Positions 12,675-24,880 of a stretch of 64,000 nt of DNA are shown here, one piece after another (position 1 is the first letter of the stretch; each line of letters opens with the position of its first letter). This stretch comes from Felis catus (lineage: Eukaryota). The notes under the pieces were generated by a model that did not search any database, was not told where the DNA came from, and saw only the letters and a program-made list of their open reading frames with translations. The stretch covers positions 43,092,001-43,156,000 of the forward strand of contig NC_058368.1 of assembly GCF_018350175.1 (NCBI RefSeq), in the 5' to 3' direction. The position numbers and the translations under genes were made by a program.

Positions 12675-14592
12675 GTAAGTCCAACCTAAGTATCTGTGGC
12701 AAAGAGGAAATACCTACACAAATCCTTATTAAAATTTACACTACCATAGAAAGTAGAAATATGTCAACTCAAAAATAAATCCAATTTGAATGTGGAATGT
12801 TCTTTCAAATAGAATAAAATGCAATTATACGAAAAATTTCTCCACCCTTGACCCTGTATCAAAGATCAGCCCAAATCATTTGTGAAGTGTCCCAGAAGTG
12901 TAAATGAAGACACAGTTTCAGTGTTACAATCAGAGCAGAGACTATCATCTATAATTAAATTATGGATTATGATAACTTTATTACCCATCAACTTGGCATT
13001 AAACAGCATGAATCACAGCATGGGGTCTCTGTCGGCTAATGCTCCTGGGATGAGGATCCAGATGAGACCATTAGAGCTGAAAATAAAAGCTAGCTTCTAG
13101 ATCTTTGGCAAGGAGATAATGTCCTTTGGCAATGTTTATAGGAAAGAGGGAGGCCCATAACGTAGGCAATAATTCTCCCCTAGGACATATATGTATTTAA
13201 AATCTTTCTTCAACTTTCTTAGAAACTAAAAAGAAAAATGGTTTAGTTGCTAAGTGTCTTTTACAAGATATATTTAATATAAGATGTGCCCTCAAAGAGG
13301 AGGGTCACTAAATGATGAACAAGAAGAGAGCTATCCTCATGTCTTACCTCTGAAACATACAATGAGAACTAATATAAATAACATAAACAAAACAAACATT
13401 TATTCCTAAACAAGCCAACCACTAGATTTTTTTTCTATTACACATTATAGAATTCTATAATGTGTAGAGTTCTAGTGAAACTCATTAGTATATGTAAAAA
13501 AATTAAAATATCAAATGCTAAATGATTTATTGATACTGCTACTAAAGCATGGTTTTATTATTAATGACTTTTTAATACTTTAAAGAATAATTTCTTTATT
13601 GTCAAAAAAGACTTTGAGACACTTATTTTTCCTTTTGTGGGTTAAATGATTACATAGCTATATGTCTTATGATTTACTTCTTGGTTGTAATTGAAGTAAG
13701 TGATCATTGCCATTTTGCAGATAAAAAGATGAAAAGAGGAAATTTAGACCATAAATACACAAGTGACATAAAATAGTAGATGTAGAAAATGGAACTCAAA
13801 CCAAAGTCTGCATGCTACTATGTGTATATTATTGCTTCCCGGATGCTGTTCATTTGTTCATGGATCACTCAGTTTTGCTTGACTTGTCAGACTCCTGAAT
13901 GAAACAATGATGCAAAGACTACAGAAGCGTAGTGTTAACTTGTGCTGTTGTTGCTCTTTGTTTTTCAGAGTAAAATGTTCTTTGTGTATTTATTTTAAAC
14001 ATCTGAATATGTGAGAGAGATAAATGTTTGAGAAAAGAAAATATATCAATTTTACGGATATTTTGTATTTTACTTAGAATAATCATTTTATATTAAAAAA
14101 TACAAATAAGTGCTAAGAGAATAATCTCTTTTATCTTAATCATCAAAGTAAAGCTTTGTATCATGATGGCTTATTCAGGATTAATATATATTGTGGAAGG
14201 TCTCATAACTGCTTATATAACACTAGGTAATGTCAAGAAGAAAAAATCCAGTTTTGAGAGATACATTATTTGACATAGCAATAAGACATACAGAAATAGC
14301 ATAAGACAGTACATATTTACTTATTTCACTGCATTAAAACTGCAGTTTTGCTCAAACATATTTAACTTATTCCCTAATTTTATATACTTATTTCTATTTT
14401 TTTGACTAAGTAATGAAAACTGCAAAATTACTTGCATTGCTAAACAATAAATTATAAACTGGTTAAACTATTTATAGATGCGAAACATACCTATTTATAA
14501 ATCTGGCTACAAAATACATTTCAGTTAGTTACGTGACTCAGTCTTTCTGAGTGTTTTATACTCAATACACGCTTTTTCCAATTGTCCTTCAG

Positions 14593-14628
14593 GAGTCAAA
14601 CATCCGGTTCTAGTTGATTTTGATGAAG
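14593..14628 (+). other. Candidate exon (36 nt, phase 1-1), unassigned
   Basis: Acceptor ctttttccaattgtccttcag, donor AAG|gtgagt, one open frame reading xVKHPVLVDFDEx. Confidence 0.3.
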
Positions 14629-16977
14629 GTGAGTTACTCTACATCATCTGGAAGGAAGCTTGTGCTATTCTTAGTTGCTATAACCAGCTGCATTACTGAA
14701 AGCAAGCTCTGTCCTTACACATTATAAATGGATAGCTTCAGATAAGAAAAAGCTATCTTGGTGAATGGTGGCCAGAATTTTGATGTTTCTGTCTAGTAAG
14801 TGATAGGGTTATCACTCACATCTCTAGGTGATTTGGGAAGATGGCTGTCTGGAGCAATAGATAAAGACTCATTGGACTGTTGCCGAGGAAAAGAAATCGG
14901 AGAGAGGCAAGTGAATTCATTACAAAGAAACATACCATAGTTTTCAAGCTATGGAAAAAAAGAGGGAAAAAACTGTGAAAAATCAACTGCATTTTCTCTT
15001 TGATAGGCATGTTCTATGTTATTGAATTGTACGTAAGAAATTAGTATAGAAAGGGTATATCAAGCTTCTTGTTTATTTCTTTTAATCAAGCAACATGGTG
15101 GTACATTTGGAATAAAGTTGTAAAGTAGCTCAATTCAAATGACAAGATTAACTATAAATGATGTAATAAACACAATATGCTCTATAATAGAATGGAGGAG
15201 GTCACAAGTGCTAGAATCAATATTCTGTCCAGAGAATTCTTTCCTCTATTTATTTAGTTTTATTTAGTAGAATTATTTTAAAGGAACTAATTATCTATTG
15301 GCTTCTGGGGATGTTTAAATTGCATAAATAATAGAGATAAGTGTTAAGTGTTATTTATTGACTAAATATTTTCTAAAGTATACAGAGAGGAGTTCATTGG
15401 AGGAGAATAGAAAATCCAATCTATGTTGGGAACTGCAACAACAACAAAGTTTCTATGAAAGTAATGGGATAAAAATATTACTAAGTTTGAATTTGAACAA
15501 TTGTGGACTTGCCTCAGGCTTCTTATTAGGAGTGCATCTTAGAAGATATCCTTAATCACTCTGACCCTGTAAATTCAACTTCAAAAGGGGAAGACTACAG
15601 AAAGGATTACAGATTACAGAAAGGATTATGGTGAATGAAAACCATTCATTACAATTTTATGCCTGCAATAGCAGGTATCCAATGACTACTAGTTATATTC
15701 TTTTGTCTTTCTGGAGATTATGTAATAATTTCTTCTGTCATGCTTGCTAATTATAGAAGGGGGGATATTCCTAAAGTCTGCTGTGGAGACAGACTGGATT
15801 TTGACTCCAGTTGTTATTATTTCAAGAATCATGAAAATAAGTAACTGTAAACTCTGTGTTTTCTGGAAATACAACTTCTGAAAATCCTGATCAAGTTTTT
15901 TAAGGTTGTGAATTAGCTAATCTGATCTTAAAGTTAATTAGTCTTCATAAATGTTAATAACTGAGCCTTAGATATGAGAGTTGTCACATAAATGTTGAAG
16001 TAGCTTGTATTGCTATTGAGAAGCTCTTTGTCCTTTAAAAATATTTTAGTAATTTTTATGTGTGTTCAATGTGATTGAAGTAAAAACTCCTAAACTTATA
16101 AAAACTGCAGCTCCACACATTGAAAATTAGGTGGCATATTTCCTCTTTTTGAGATATTTGCTTTATCCACTCTCTTGCTGTTAAGTTTCTTTATGGAAGA
16201 TGATATTTTTTTTTGTGTAATTCAATTAGATGAACCCTCCTCATTCACTTATACAAAATATACTCTGAGAAAATGTGATTTTTTTCCAAAATCAATTAAT
16301 TATGAATAATAGGTAATTATTAGTGAGTTATCATTTAAAGGATGGCATCCAACTGAGCAATGTAGTGAAATAATAAAAGTACATTTCCAAATAGCCTAAA
16401 AGTAATATATTTTCCAGACATTCTCTAGAAACTGTTAATACCCTAGAATAAAACTGTAATCTGTTTTATCTATTTGTAGGTCACTTGTAGAAAAATTGTT
16501 GGTTTTTTTAATAGTTCTGAAATGTGGCTTAATGTCAGTTCTTCAGCGTTCTAAGCTGTTAAACATTTGGGGTGATTCTGAATTATGTAACTTGGAAAAA
16601 GACAGAGTATATATATTCTTTATGCTATTCTCTATTTCCTCTATAGCTTAAAATTAATTTTATCTCTGTGAAAATTCTGAACAAGTCACACTACTTCTTT
16701 AGTGAATCTTGTGGAGATTTTAAATAGAGCTATAATTTTTACTATGTGTTTTTAATCAAATCAATGCATATTCAATATATAAAACATAAAATACAGAATT
16801 GGAAAAGAAATATTCATATGTTTACTATAAAGATATTTCTATGATAGAGTGCCATCTTAATGAATATATTTGCGATCATTCTGAATTTACTATTTATATA
16901 GTTAATATTACAACATAAATGCTTCTCCAAGCCAATTATTACTTTTTAACATCATTTTTAAAAGGTGCACAATATTT

Positions 16978-17097
16978 AGGGTAATCATATGTGTTGGTTT
17001 GCCTAGTTCAGTCCTGGTTTACACCTGTTGCTGGCCCTCTGCCAAATCATTCCTTATAGAATGTGTCCAACTGAACGAAATTTTATGTAGTTAATTC
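16978..17097 (-). mobile_element. MER94-like hAT non-autonomous DNA transposon
   Basis: agggtaatcatatgtgttggtttgcctagttcagtcctggtttacacctgttg resembles a MER94/MER81-type terminus. Degenerate other end at ~17060-17097. Confidence 0.55.
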
Positions 17098-17605
17098 AGT
17101 AATATTCTTCTGAGTTAATGTCTAAAACTCTTCATGTTTATCCATTTACATAGTTTCCCATATTTGGTATTGCAAAAAAACAATACTCTGGTAACACTTT
17201 TAAGCATACACGTTATTTTTCTTATGTAGAATTTATCTTTGGTACAATTTCCAAGGTAGAATTGACTGAAAATAGTACTTTCAAACATTTGTTTCATATT
17301 GCTGAATATCTTTGCTATTTATTTTCTCATTATGGAGTCGAGAGTCTTTCCAACCCGTTTTCTACTACATGCCCTTTATGCTGTCCCCATATAATACTGT
17401 CAGTGAACACAAACTCAGCACAAATATTGAACTGTGGCAAAATTTACAGAGTATGGAAACTGCTTTATGTTTTGTAGATGACAAGAGCAATGTGGTTCTC
17501 ATTTAATTAATGCTTTGCTGCTCGAACACTAATTAGAGATGTTCTTTTTCAAAAAATGTTGACCAAATTACACTTTAGTAAATGTGAATATAAAATGTAT
17601 ATACA

Positions 17606-17943
17606 TGGCCCTTTGTAGCAATGTGGACGGAACTGGAGAATGTGATGCTAAGTGAAATAAGCCATACAGAGAAAGACAGATACCATATGTTTTCACCCTT
17701 ATGTGGATCCTGAGAAACTTAACAGAAACCCATGGGGGAGGGGAAGGAAAAAAAAAAGAGGTTAGAGTGGGAGAGAGCCAAAGCATAAGAGACTCTTAAA
17801 AACTGAGAACAAACTAAGGGTTGATGGGGGTGGGAGGGAGGGGAGAGTAGGTGATGGGTATTGAAGAGGGCATCTTTTGGGATGAGCACTGGGTGTTGTA
17901 TGGAAACCAATTTGACAATAAATTTCATATATTAAAAAAAATG
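17606..17943 (+). mobile_element. Young felid LINE-1 3' end (~340 bp)
   Basis: Close reverse-complement match to 7968-8290. TSD aaatgtatataca at 17593-17605 and 17944-17956. Confidence 0.97.
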
Positions 17944-18109
17944 AAATGTATATACACACATATATAGAATAGAATAGAAATTAATATATATATACATATA
18001 TATACACACTGTATATATATGTATATATATACACACACATTATATGAATTTTAATCTTTTCAAAGTGGTACAAATAAATTTTCCGTTATTGTATTAAAAC
18101 ACTAGATTT

Positions 18110-18463
18110 ACACTTTTAACAGCTTATAAAGTATATAATACTGTATTGTTATATATAGGAATGATGTACATCATCTCTCTAGAACTTATTTATCTTACAT
18201 AACTAAAATACTGAAACGTTGATTAGCAACTCCCCATTTCCTCTCCTATCAGCCCCCAGCAGTCATCATTCTATTCTTTGTTTCTATGAGTTTGACTATT
18301 TTAGATACCTCTTATAAATGAAATCATGCAACATTTGTTCTTCAGTGACTAGCTAATTTCATTTAACGTAATGTTTTCAAGTTTCATCTATGTTGCCTAT
18401 TGCAGGATTTCCTTCTTTTTAAAGACTAAACAATATTTCATTGTATGTATATACCACATTTCC
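18110..18463 (-). mobile_element. Older L1 (L1MA-like) 3' end
   Basis: ctagaacttatttatctt, gtttctatgagtttgactattttagatacctc, tatataccacattt are typical antisense L1MA 3' motifs. Confidence 0.8.
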
Positions 18464-19075
18464 TTTAACTATTCCAAAATATCAAAGAGGAGGGAGCGCT
18501 TCCAAGCTCATTTTACCAGGCCAATATTGCCCTGATACCAAAGCCAGAAAAAGACACCAAAGAAAACTACAGACTAATATTGCTGATGAACACAGATGCG
18601 AAAATCCTCAATAAAATTCTAGCAAACCAAATTCAACAAGGGACATTGAACCTTAGATGCAAGGATGGTTCAAAATATGAAAATCAGGGACTCCTGGGTC
18701 CCTCAGTCAGTTAAGTGACTTGGGCTTAGGTCATGATCTCACAGTTGGTGAGTTCCAGCCCTGTGTCAGGCTCTGTGCTGTCAGCTTTGAACCTGGAGTC
18801 TGTTTCAGATTCTGTATTTCCTTCTCCCTCTGCCCTCCCCCACTTGTGCGCACAAGCTCTCTCTCTCTCTCAAAAATAAATAAGAAACATTAAAAAAAAT
18901 AAAAATACGAAAATCAATCAGCATGACATACCACATTAACAGAATGAAAGATAAAAGTCACGTGATCATCTCAATAGACACATAAGAAGCATTTGACAAA
19001 ATTGGTACTGTCATGATAAAGCTCTCAATAAAGAATAGAAAAAAGTTAACTCAACAAAATAAAGGCCACATACAA
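18464..19075 (+). mobile_element. L1 ORF2 (RT N-terminal region) fragment, split by a SINE
   Basis: ctgataccaaagccaga, gatgcgaaaatcctcaataaaattctagcaaacc, gatgcaaggatggttcaa, gcatttgacaaaatt. Confidence 0.88.
18687..18901 (+). mobile_element. CAN-SINE inserted in L1
   Basis: TSD aaaata(t/c)gaaaatca at 18672-18686 and 18902-18916. Confidence 0.95.
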
Positions 19076-19484
19076 GTAACTTTTGAACAGAGGTTATATG
19101 GTATCCAATGTCAGATGGCTGACAAAAATGTTAGAATTTAATTGTACAACTTTTCAAGAGCTCTGAGAAGATACAGACAATAAACATAAATATCCCTATC
19201 TTTCCAACTAAATAATGTGTATAGTTGTTTCATCTTTTGATCAATAAATTATTATAAAGCATTCAGAATGTTCTTGAGACTTTCTTCAGTGCTAAAAAAT
19301 CTTGCTTTTCTTTGTTAAAATAACAAACTTGTTAAACAGTGAAGAAATATCTTATTTTTCATGCTAAATTCTATCAATGTCTAAGGGCCAACATAAGTCA
19401 TCTCTTTCTTGATTAAAACTTTAATGGTATTTCAGGTAGAGGTATTACTTACATTCAAGTGTCTGACTACCTGGGGTTTGTTTC

Positions 19485-19713
19485 TTTTCTTTTTTTTTTA
19501 ATTTTTAAAAATGTTTTTATTTATTTTTGAAACAGAGAGAGACAGAGCATGAGCAGGGGAGGGGCAGAGAGAGAGGGAGACACAGAATCCGAAGCAGGCT
19601 CCAGGCTCTGAGCTGTCAGCACAAAGCCGACACGGGGCTCGAACCCACGGACCGTGAGATCATGACCAGAACTGAAGTCGTACTCTCAACCGACTGAGCC
19701 ACCCAGGCACCCC
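19485..19713 (-). mobile_element. CAN-SINE
   Basis: TSD tggggtttgtttc at 19472-19484 and 19714-19726. Confidence 0.96.
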
Positions 19714-19871
19714 TGGGGTTTGTTTCGTATTCTACAATTACTATCCACATAAATTTGGATGAATACTAAATATCTTTTGGTTTCAGTATCCTCATGTTTA
19801 AATTATCAGAAGGATACAGATATTTCTAAGGTAACTGTCTGCCCAAAGGAAAAAAAAAATCTGTAATTTTA

Positions 19872-20090
19872 GGGGCGCCTGGGTGGCTCAGCTGGTTAAA
19901 GCCAATGACTTTGGCTCAGGTCATGATCTCACAGTTCATGAGTTCAGGCCCTGCATCAGGCCGTGTGCTGATGGCTCGTAGCCTGCAGCCTGCTTCACAT
20001 TCTGTGTCTCCCTCTCTCTCTCTGCCTCTCCCCTGCTCATGCATGTGAGCTCTCTCTGTCTCTCTCTCTCAAAAATAAAATAAACATTTA
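19872..20090 (+). mobile_element. CAN-SINE (first of tandem pair)
   Basis: ggggcgcctgggtggctcag head. Flanked by aaaaatctgtaatttt on both sides. Confidence 0.96.
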
Positions 20091-20106
20091 AAAAATCTGT
20101 AATTTT

Positions 20107-20312
20107 GGGGGTGCCTGGGTGGCTCGGTCGGTTAAGCGTCTGACTTTGGCTCAGGTCATGATCTCACGGTCTGTGAGTTCGAGCCCCGCGTCGGGCTCTG
20201 TGCTGACAGCTCAGAGCCTGGAGCCTGTTTCAGATTCTGTGTCTCCCTCTCTCTCTGCCCCTCCCCTGTTCATGCTCTGTCTCTCTCTGTCTCAAAAATA
20301 AATAAATGTTAA
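20107..20312 (+). mobile_element. CAN-SINE (second of tandem pair, CpG-rich, younger)
   Basis: Retains many CpGs (gagccccgcgtcgggc). Followed by aaaaatccgtaatttt. Confidence 0.96.
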
Positions 20313-21448
20313 AAAAATCCGTAATTTTATATCTGGACACATTTTGTCAGGAATATGTTAATGTATCTGTAATTTGGAGCAAAAAGTATCCTAATGCCCT
20401 AATTTTAAATGCTTAAGTTTCAGAGGTTTGTCTTAATTTATTCAATATAATAATTTTATGACATAAATTCTGTCTGTTAAATAAAGAGAATTCTGTGAAG
20501 TGTTTCTTATTTGAATTGAGTCTTACAGTATTTTTACTTTTTAGTTATATTATGAAATGTAACAACAATAATCTTTGATAGAATTATCTTTAGTTTATTC
20601 AGTATTTTGAAGTAGGTAAGTCAGAATGAGTTATTGCACTTTGGAAAAACTCTGAAAGGGAGAAGAATATATCCTTTCTCTGAGTATTAAAGAAGTCTGT
20701 GAAGACTGAAAAGTTAAAGGAGTTGAAATCAGTGATGATGGGTCAGATTTATCTTTTTAATAAAAATATATGATTGCTACAAGAGTGACCAGAAGAGGAA
20801 GGCCATTCAACCATGAGTTGGTTTACTAAGTATCCTTCAATGTCAACAATATGAAATCCATGGCAAACTCATTCTTTCAGAGAATGTTATGCTTGTTCTG
20901 GGTTTATAACTGAGGTCACAGACCAAACCATGACATTAAGCCAAAGTTATTAATTTTTTTAGAAAACTACATAAACATATTATTTAAAAATATTTATATC
21001 AAGCCTGTTAAATATTTATGCAAAATTATATGCATTATGCAAATTTTCTAGTTCAACACTGATCTTGTGAATCCTTCTATTAAATTGAATGTGGAAATTA
21101 ATCTGCAAAAATATTGGTAAGTTCTGTGTCTCTTGGTTGAACATGTTTACAAATGTATCTTTTCTTATAACCATCACTATACTGGGGTTATAATGATCTA
21201 TTTTTAAAATTTAAAATCCTAGTGTATGTATCTAAATATCTGTATCTATGTTATTTTGATGCCACAATATTTTCAATCAATTTTACAATGCTCATTCCAC
21301 CTGTTCACACTGGAAAATTTGACTTTTGTGTGGTGAATAATCTAGGAAATCTACCTATATAGTCTCACAACCTCATCACAGGTTTTACATTAAAACATTC
21401 CAAAAGTTTGCATTTCACTGAAGTAGATTTTATAAGATACTTTATTTC

Positions 21449-21658
21449 TTTTTTGTTTAATAGGTATTTTGTTTGTTTATGTATTTATTTTGAGAGGGGG
21501 AAAAAAGAGAGAGAGAGACACAGAGAGAGGGAAAGAATCTCAAGCAGGCTCCATGCCAAGCATGGGATCCAGATGTGGGGTTCAATCTCACAATCATGAG
21601 ATCATCACCTGAGTTGAAACCAAGAGTTGGGTGACTGACTAAGCCACCCAGGTGCCCC
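21449..21658 (-). mobile_element. CAN-SINE
   Basis: Ends gccacccaggtgcccc. Approximate TSD ga(t/g)actttatttct. Confidence 0.92.
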
Positions 21659-23859
21659 AGGAGACTTTATTTCTATTGTGTTTTCCCTTACTCTGGAAAT
21701 CTTGTCAAAGGTTGTTATGATTATGTTTTGTGACTTTATAAATTATGTGGATGTATAACTGTATTTGTAATAGTTTAAAACAGGGAAAAATAATTTGCTG
21801 CAACAAAGCTTCATTTTATCTTTTGCGCATGGTTAAATATGTGCACATCTAAGCACATGGCTAATTAGTGGCTTTGGGGGGCTGAAAAGATGATCCCAAC
21901 TTGTTATAGTATTATAATTTGCTGAAAATTATAATTGCCACTTTTAATGACACAGTCTACAAAGGCTAATCATACACTGGATAGTATAAGAATGCCAATT
22001 AAAGGGTAATGGTCATTCCAAAGGTTAATGCCTGTAACTCTTGAAAGAGAATAAATTGATAGAACACAATCCATTTTAAGGAAAAACTTCCCTCCAATGA
22101 TGAGGTGATCAACTATCCTACTGGCAATTCAGTAGACATAATCATCTCATCCATTACCACTAACATGTCTAAAAAGTTTTGGCAAATTAAAAGTATGAAT
22201 CTTTAGCATTTTTTTAAAAGGACTTACTTTGAATGTGATTATTTGAATGACAGAAAAGGAGAGCTGTTTCAGGTTTTGGAGAAGTTAAAATGCATCTAAT
22301 AAAAATGTCATGGATGTGTGATGATATTGAAGTGTTAAGCTAAAGTCATGGCCGAATGTCCTACTAACATGCATGCACATATTTATACAAAAACACCACT
22401 CGAAACTTAGTTTCCTTTTGAAAAGCTTGAGTTTATAGGATGACACAGAATAAAACTACTCTGTAAATAATCGGTTAGAAAAAGAACTATCATATTTGAG
22501 CATTATGAACCTTACCTCATTCTGAAAAGGAGCTAGCTAAAGTAAAATAAGAGAAATGGTCTGCTGGCTCCTAATTCATGAAGTGACAATGATGAATGAG
22601 TGGAAGTTAGCTCCAGCTGTAGCTGTATTTTAGCTCCTAGGTAGCTTTTGCTGCTAGAGGCACTGAAAAAGAACCTCACAAAATTTCTGATTAGCAATAA
22701 ACAAATACCTTCCTTAAAGTGGTATCTATTTAGTGTCCAACAGGGAATCCATTCATTTTTCTGGGAGAGAACTTTTCTTTTTTAACAGCTATAAACACAT
22801 CCAAAGACATGTAAGTCTATGGGGGCCATGTTAGGTATCTTGGAAACATTGTGATCAGTAGTTTCAGCTTTCCAAAAGTTAAGCAACCTCTCTGCAGAGA
22901 GGTTGAAAACACAGTATTTGACTTAATTGTGCTCATCTCTGCACAAGATCTTCAAAAGGGGGAAAAATGCAAAACACAAGGCTAAATTTAGGAGATAAAA
23001 ATAAACTAGTAATACATACCTGTTGCCTTATTTTTGTCAGGACAGTTTAGCCCCACTTTTAAATAAAAATGTTTCCTTAACAAGTACCAAAATCTTATTT
23101 TCAAACCCAAAGTCCTTTCTTGATCTCTCTCGTCATTCATATACTAATGGTTGAAATTAAACCCTATTATTTCCACAGCCATAAAATCAGCGTGCCCATG
23201 GCCACTTCACTAGATAGCTCCATCACGTCTGTGAAGCAATCATACAGGAATTGCAGAGCGGAGGAATACTGTTTAATTTTGCTGAATTCTGATCCTGCAA
23301 CTATAAAATGGGAATTAAAATACCTGCCACATAAATTTACTCTGAATATTAAATAAAAATGAGATATCTGATACATCAGAACTACCTTAATGAGTAATCT
23401 AACTATATATAATATTTTATCTAATTTACTGTCTTAACTTTTTTCCTTCTTTGGTATTAATCTTGAGTAATTATAATAATTTCATAGTGGCAAACAGAAT
23501 TGTGAATATTTACTTCTTAATAACTTCTCTCTTTGTCTATGTGCCTCTCCCTCATACATATATGCTGACATATTTCAGAAAAATACTATTTCAACTAACA
23601 ACAAAGTATTGCCTATTGAAGATGAAACATGCCTATATATACATTTCCAGTTTAGTATATGTGCTGCCAAAGCGAACACTACACACTTCCAGTTTAAGGA
23701 ATAAAATATTTTATAAATACAATTGAGTCAACTATACATACCACTTCATTTCCATTATTCTCTTCCCTACCTTTAATCCCGAAAGAAATAGCTTCTCATT
23801 AGTTTCAAAAAGATCATTTACATTACTTTCTTTCTTACATTTATTGCATATACTGATGG

Positions 23860-23913
<54 letters not shown>

Positions 23914-23953
23914 CATATATATGTGTGTGTATATATATATACACATATATATG
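23860..23953. repeat. Compound (TA)n/(TG)n microsatellite within an old antisense L1 3' remnant
   Basis: Directly visible. Confidence 0.9.
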
Positions 23954-24196
23954 CATAATAGTCTATTACGTTAAATTTTAAATAAATAGCATCATAAATA
24001 CAGTAGTCATACATTTTACAGTAGACATTTTTCTGGGGATTTCTTTTCTCAACTAATATTCAGTTAGTAAAATTCATTCATGTTGCTATATAAACATTTC
24101 TTTCTAACGGAAAAATAGTATTCTGTGTTTTAGCTACACAAAAATTTATTTATCCATCGTTAAAGTTTATTATTTTAAACTTATTATCTCTATAAG

Positions 24197-24557
24197 TGTC
24201 TTAGTCTGTCTGTGTTGCTATAACAAAACACCACAGACCAGGTGGTTTTTGAACAACAGAATTTTTTCTCACAGTTATGGAGGATGGGAAGTCCAAGATT
24301 ATGACACCAGCAGATTAAGTGTTTAGTGAATGCCTACTTCCTAGATGATGCCTTTTTGTTATGTCCTCACTTGGTAGAAGGGGCCAGGGAGCTCTCTTTT
24401 CTATGGGGTCTTTTTTATAAGAGCACTAATTCCAATCAGGTTTCCATCCTCATGACCCAATCATTTCTCAAAGGCCCCAACTTCTTAACATCATCACATT
24501 AGGTATTAGGATTCCAGTGTGTGAAATTTGGGGCACACAAACATTTGGACTATAGCA
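24197..24557 (-). mobile_element. MLT1A-like MaLR solo LTR
   Basis: tgtcttagtctg...gctataacaaaacaccacagac...ctcacagttatggagg...acatttggactatagca. TG...CA ends, ~360 bp. Confidence 0.85.
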
Positions 24558-24825
24558 ATGATATACTTACCAGTATTGTTTTACACATATCCTTATTTTT
24601 AAAATTTATTTTAAATATTATAATCAATCATGAACCCACTACTCAAAATAACTAGGTATCTACCAATAACTTACATATCCATGTTCTCACCCTACCTTCC
24701 ACTGCTTTTTTGTGTGAGTATTGTTGCATGTATATGTATGTGATGAAAAATATATTATTTAGAGTTGGTTGCTTTTTTATAGAATGGATGTCAGGTTTTA
24801 TTTATTCTGGGATTTTTCTCCACTC

Positions 24826-24830
<5 letters not shown>

Positions 24831-24877
<47 letters not shown>
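24831..24877. repeat. (TA)n microsatellite
   Basis: Directly visible, at the 5' junction of the L1. Confidence 0.95.

Positions 24878-24880
<3 letters not shown>

Noticed and set aside
12599..14628. Assigning a gene name to the two exon candidates
   Set aside because: The peptides match nothing I can recall reliably, and their open frames are phase-incompatible.
19872..20312. tRNA genes suggested by A/B-box-like heads (tggctcag...gagttcgagcc)
   Set aside because: These are the tRNA-derived heads of SINEs, with no cloverleaf, and are followed by (CT)n and A-tails.
19855..20328. CRISPR-like repeat-spacer pattern (three direct repeats)
   Set aside because: The spacers are ~210-bp SINEs and the repeats are TSDs. 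The DNA is mammalian, with no cas genes.
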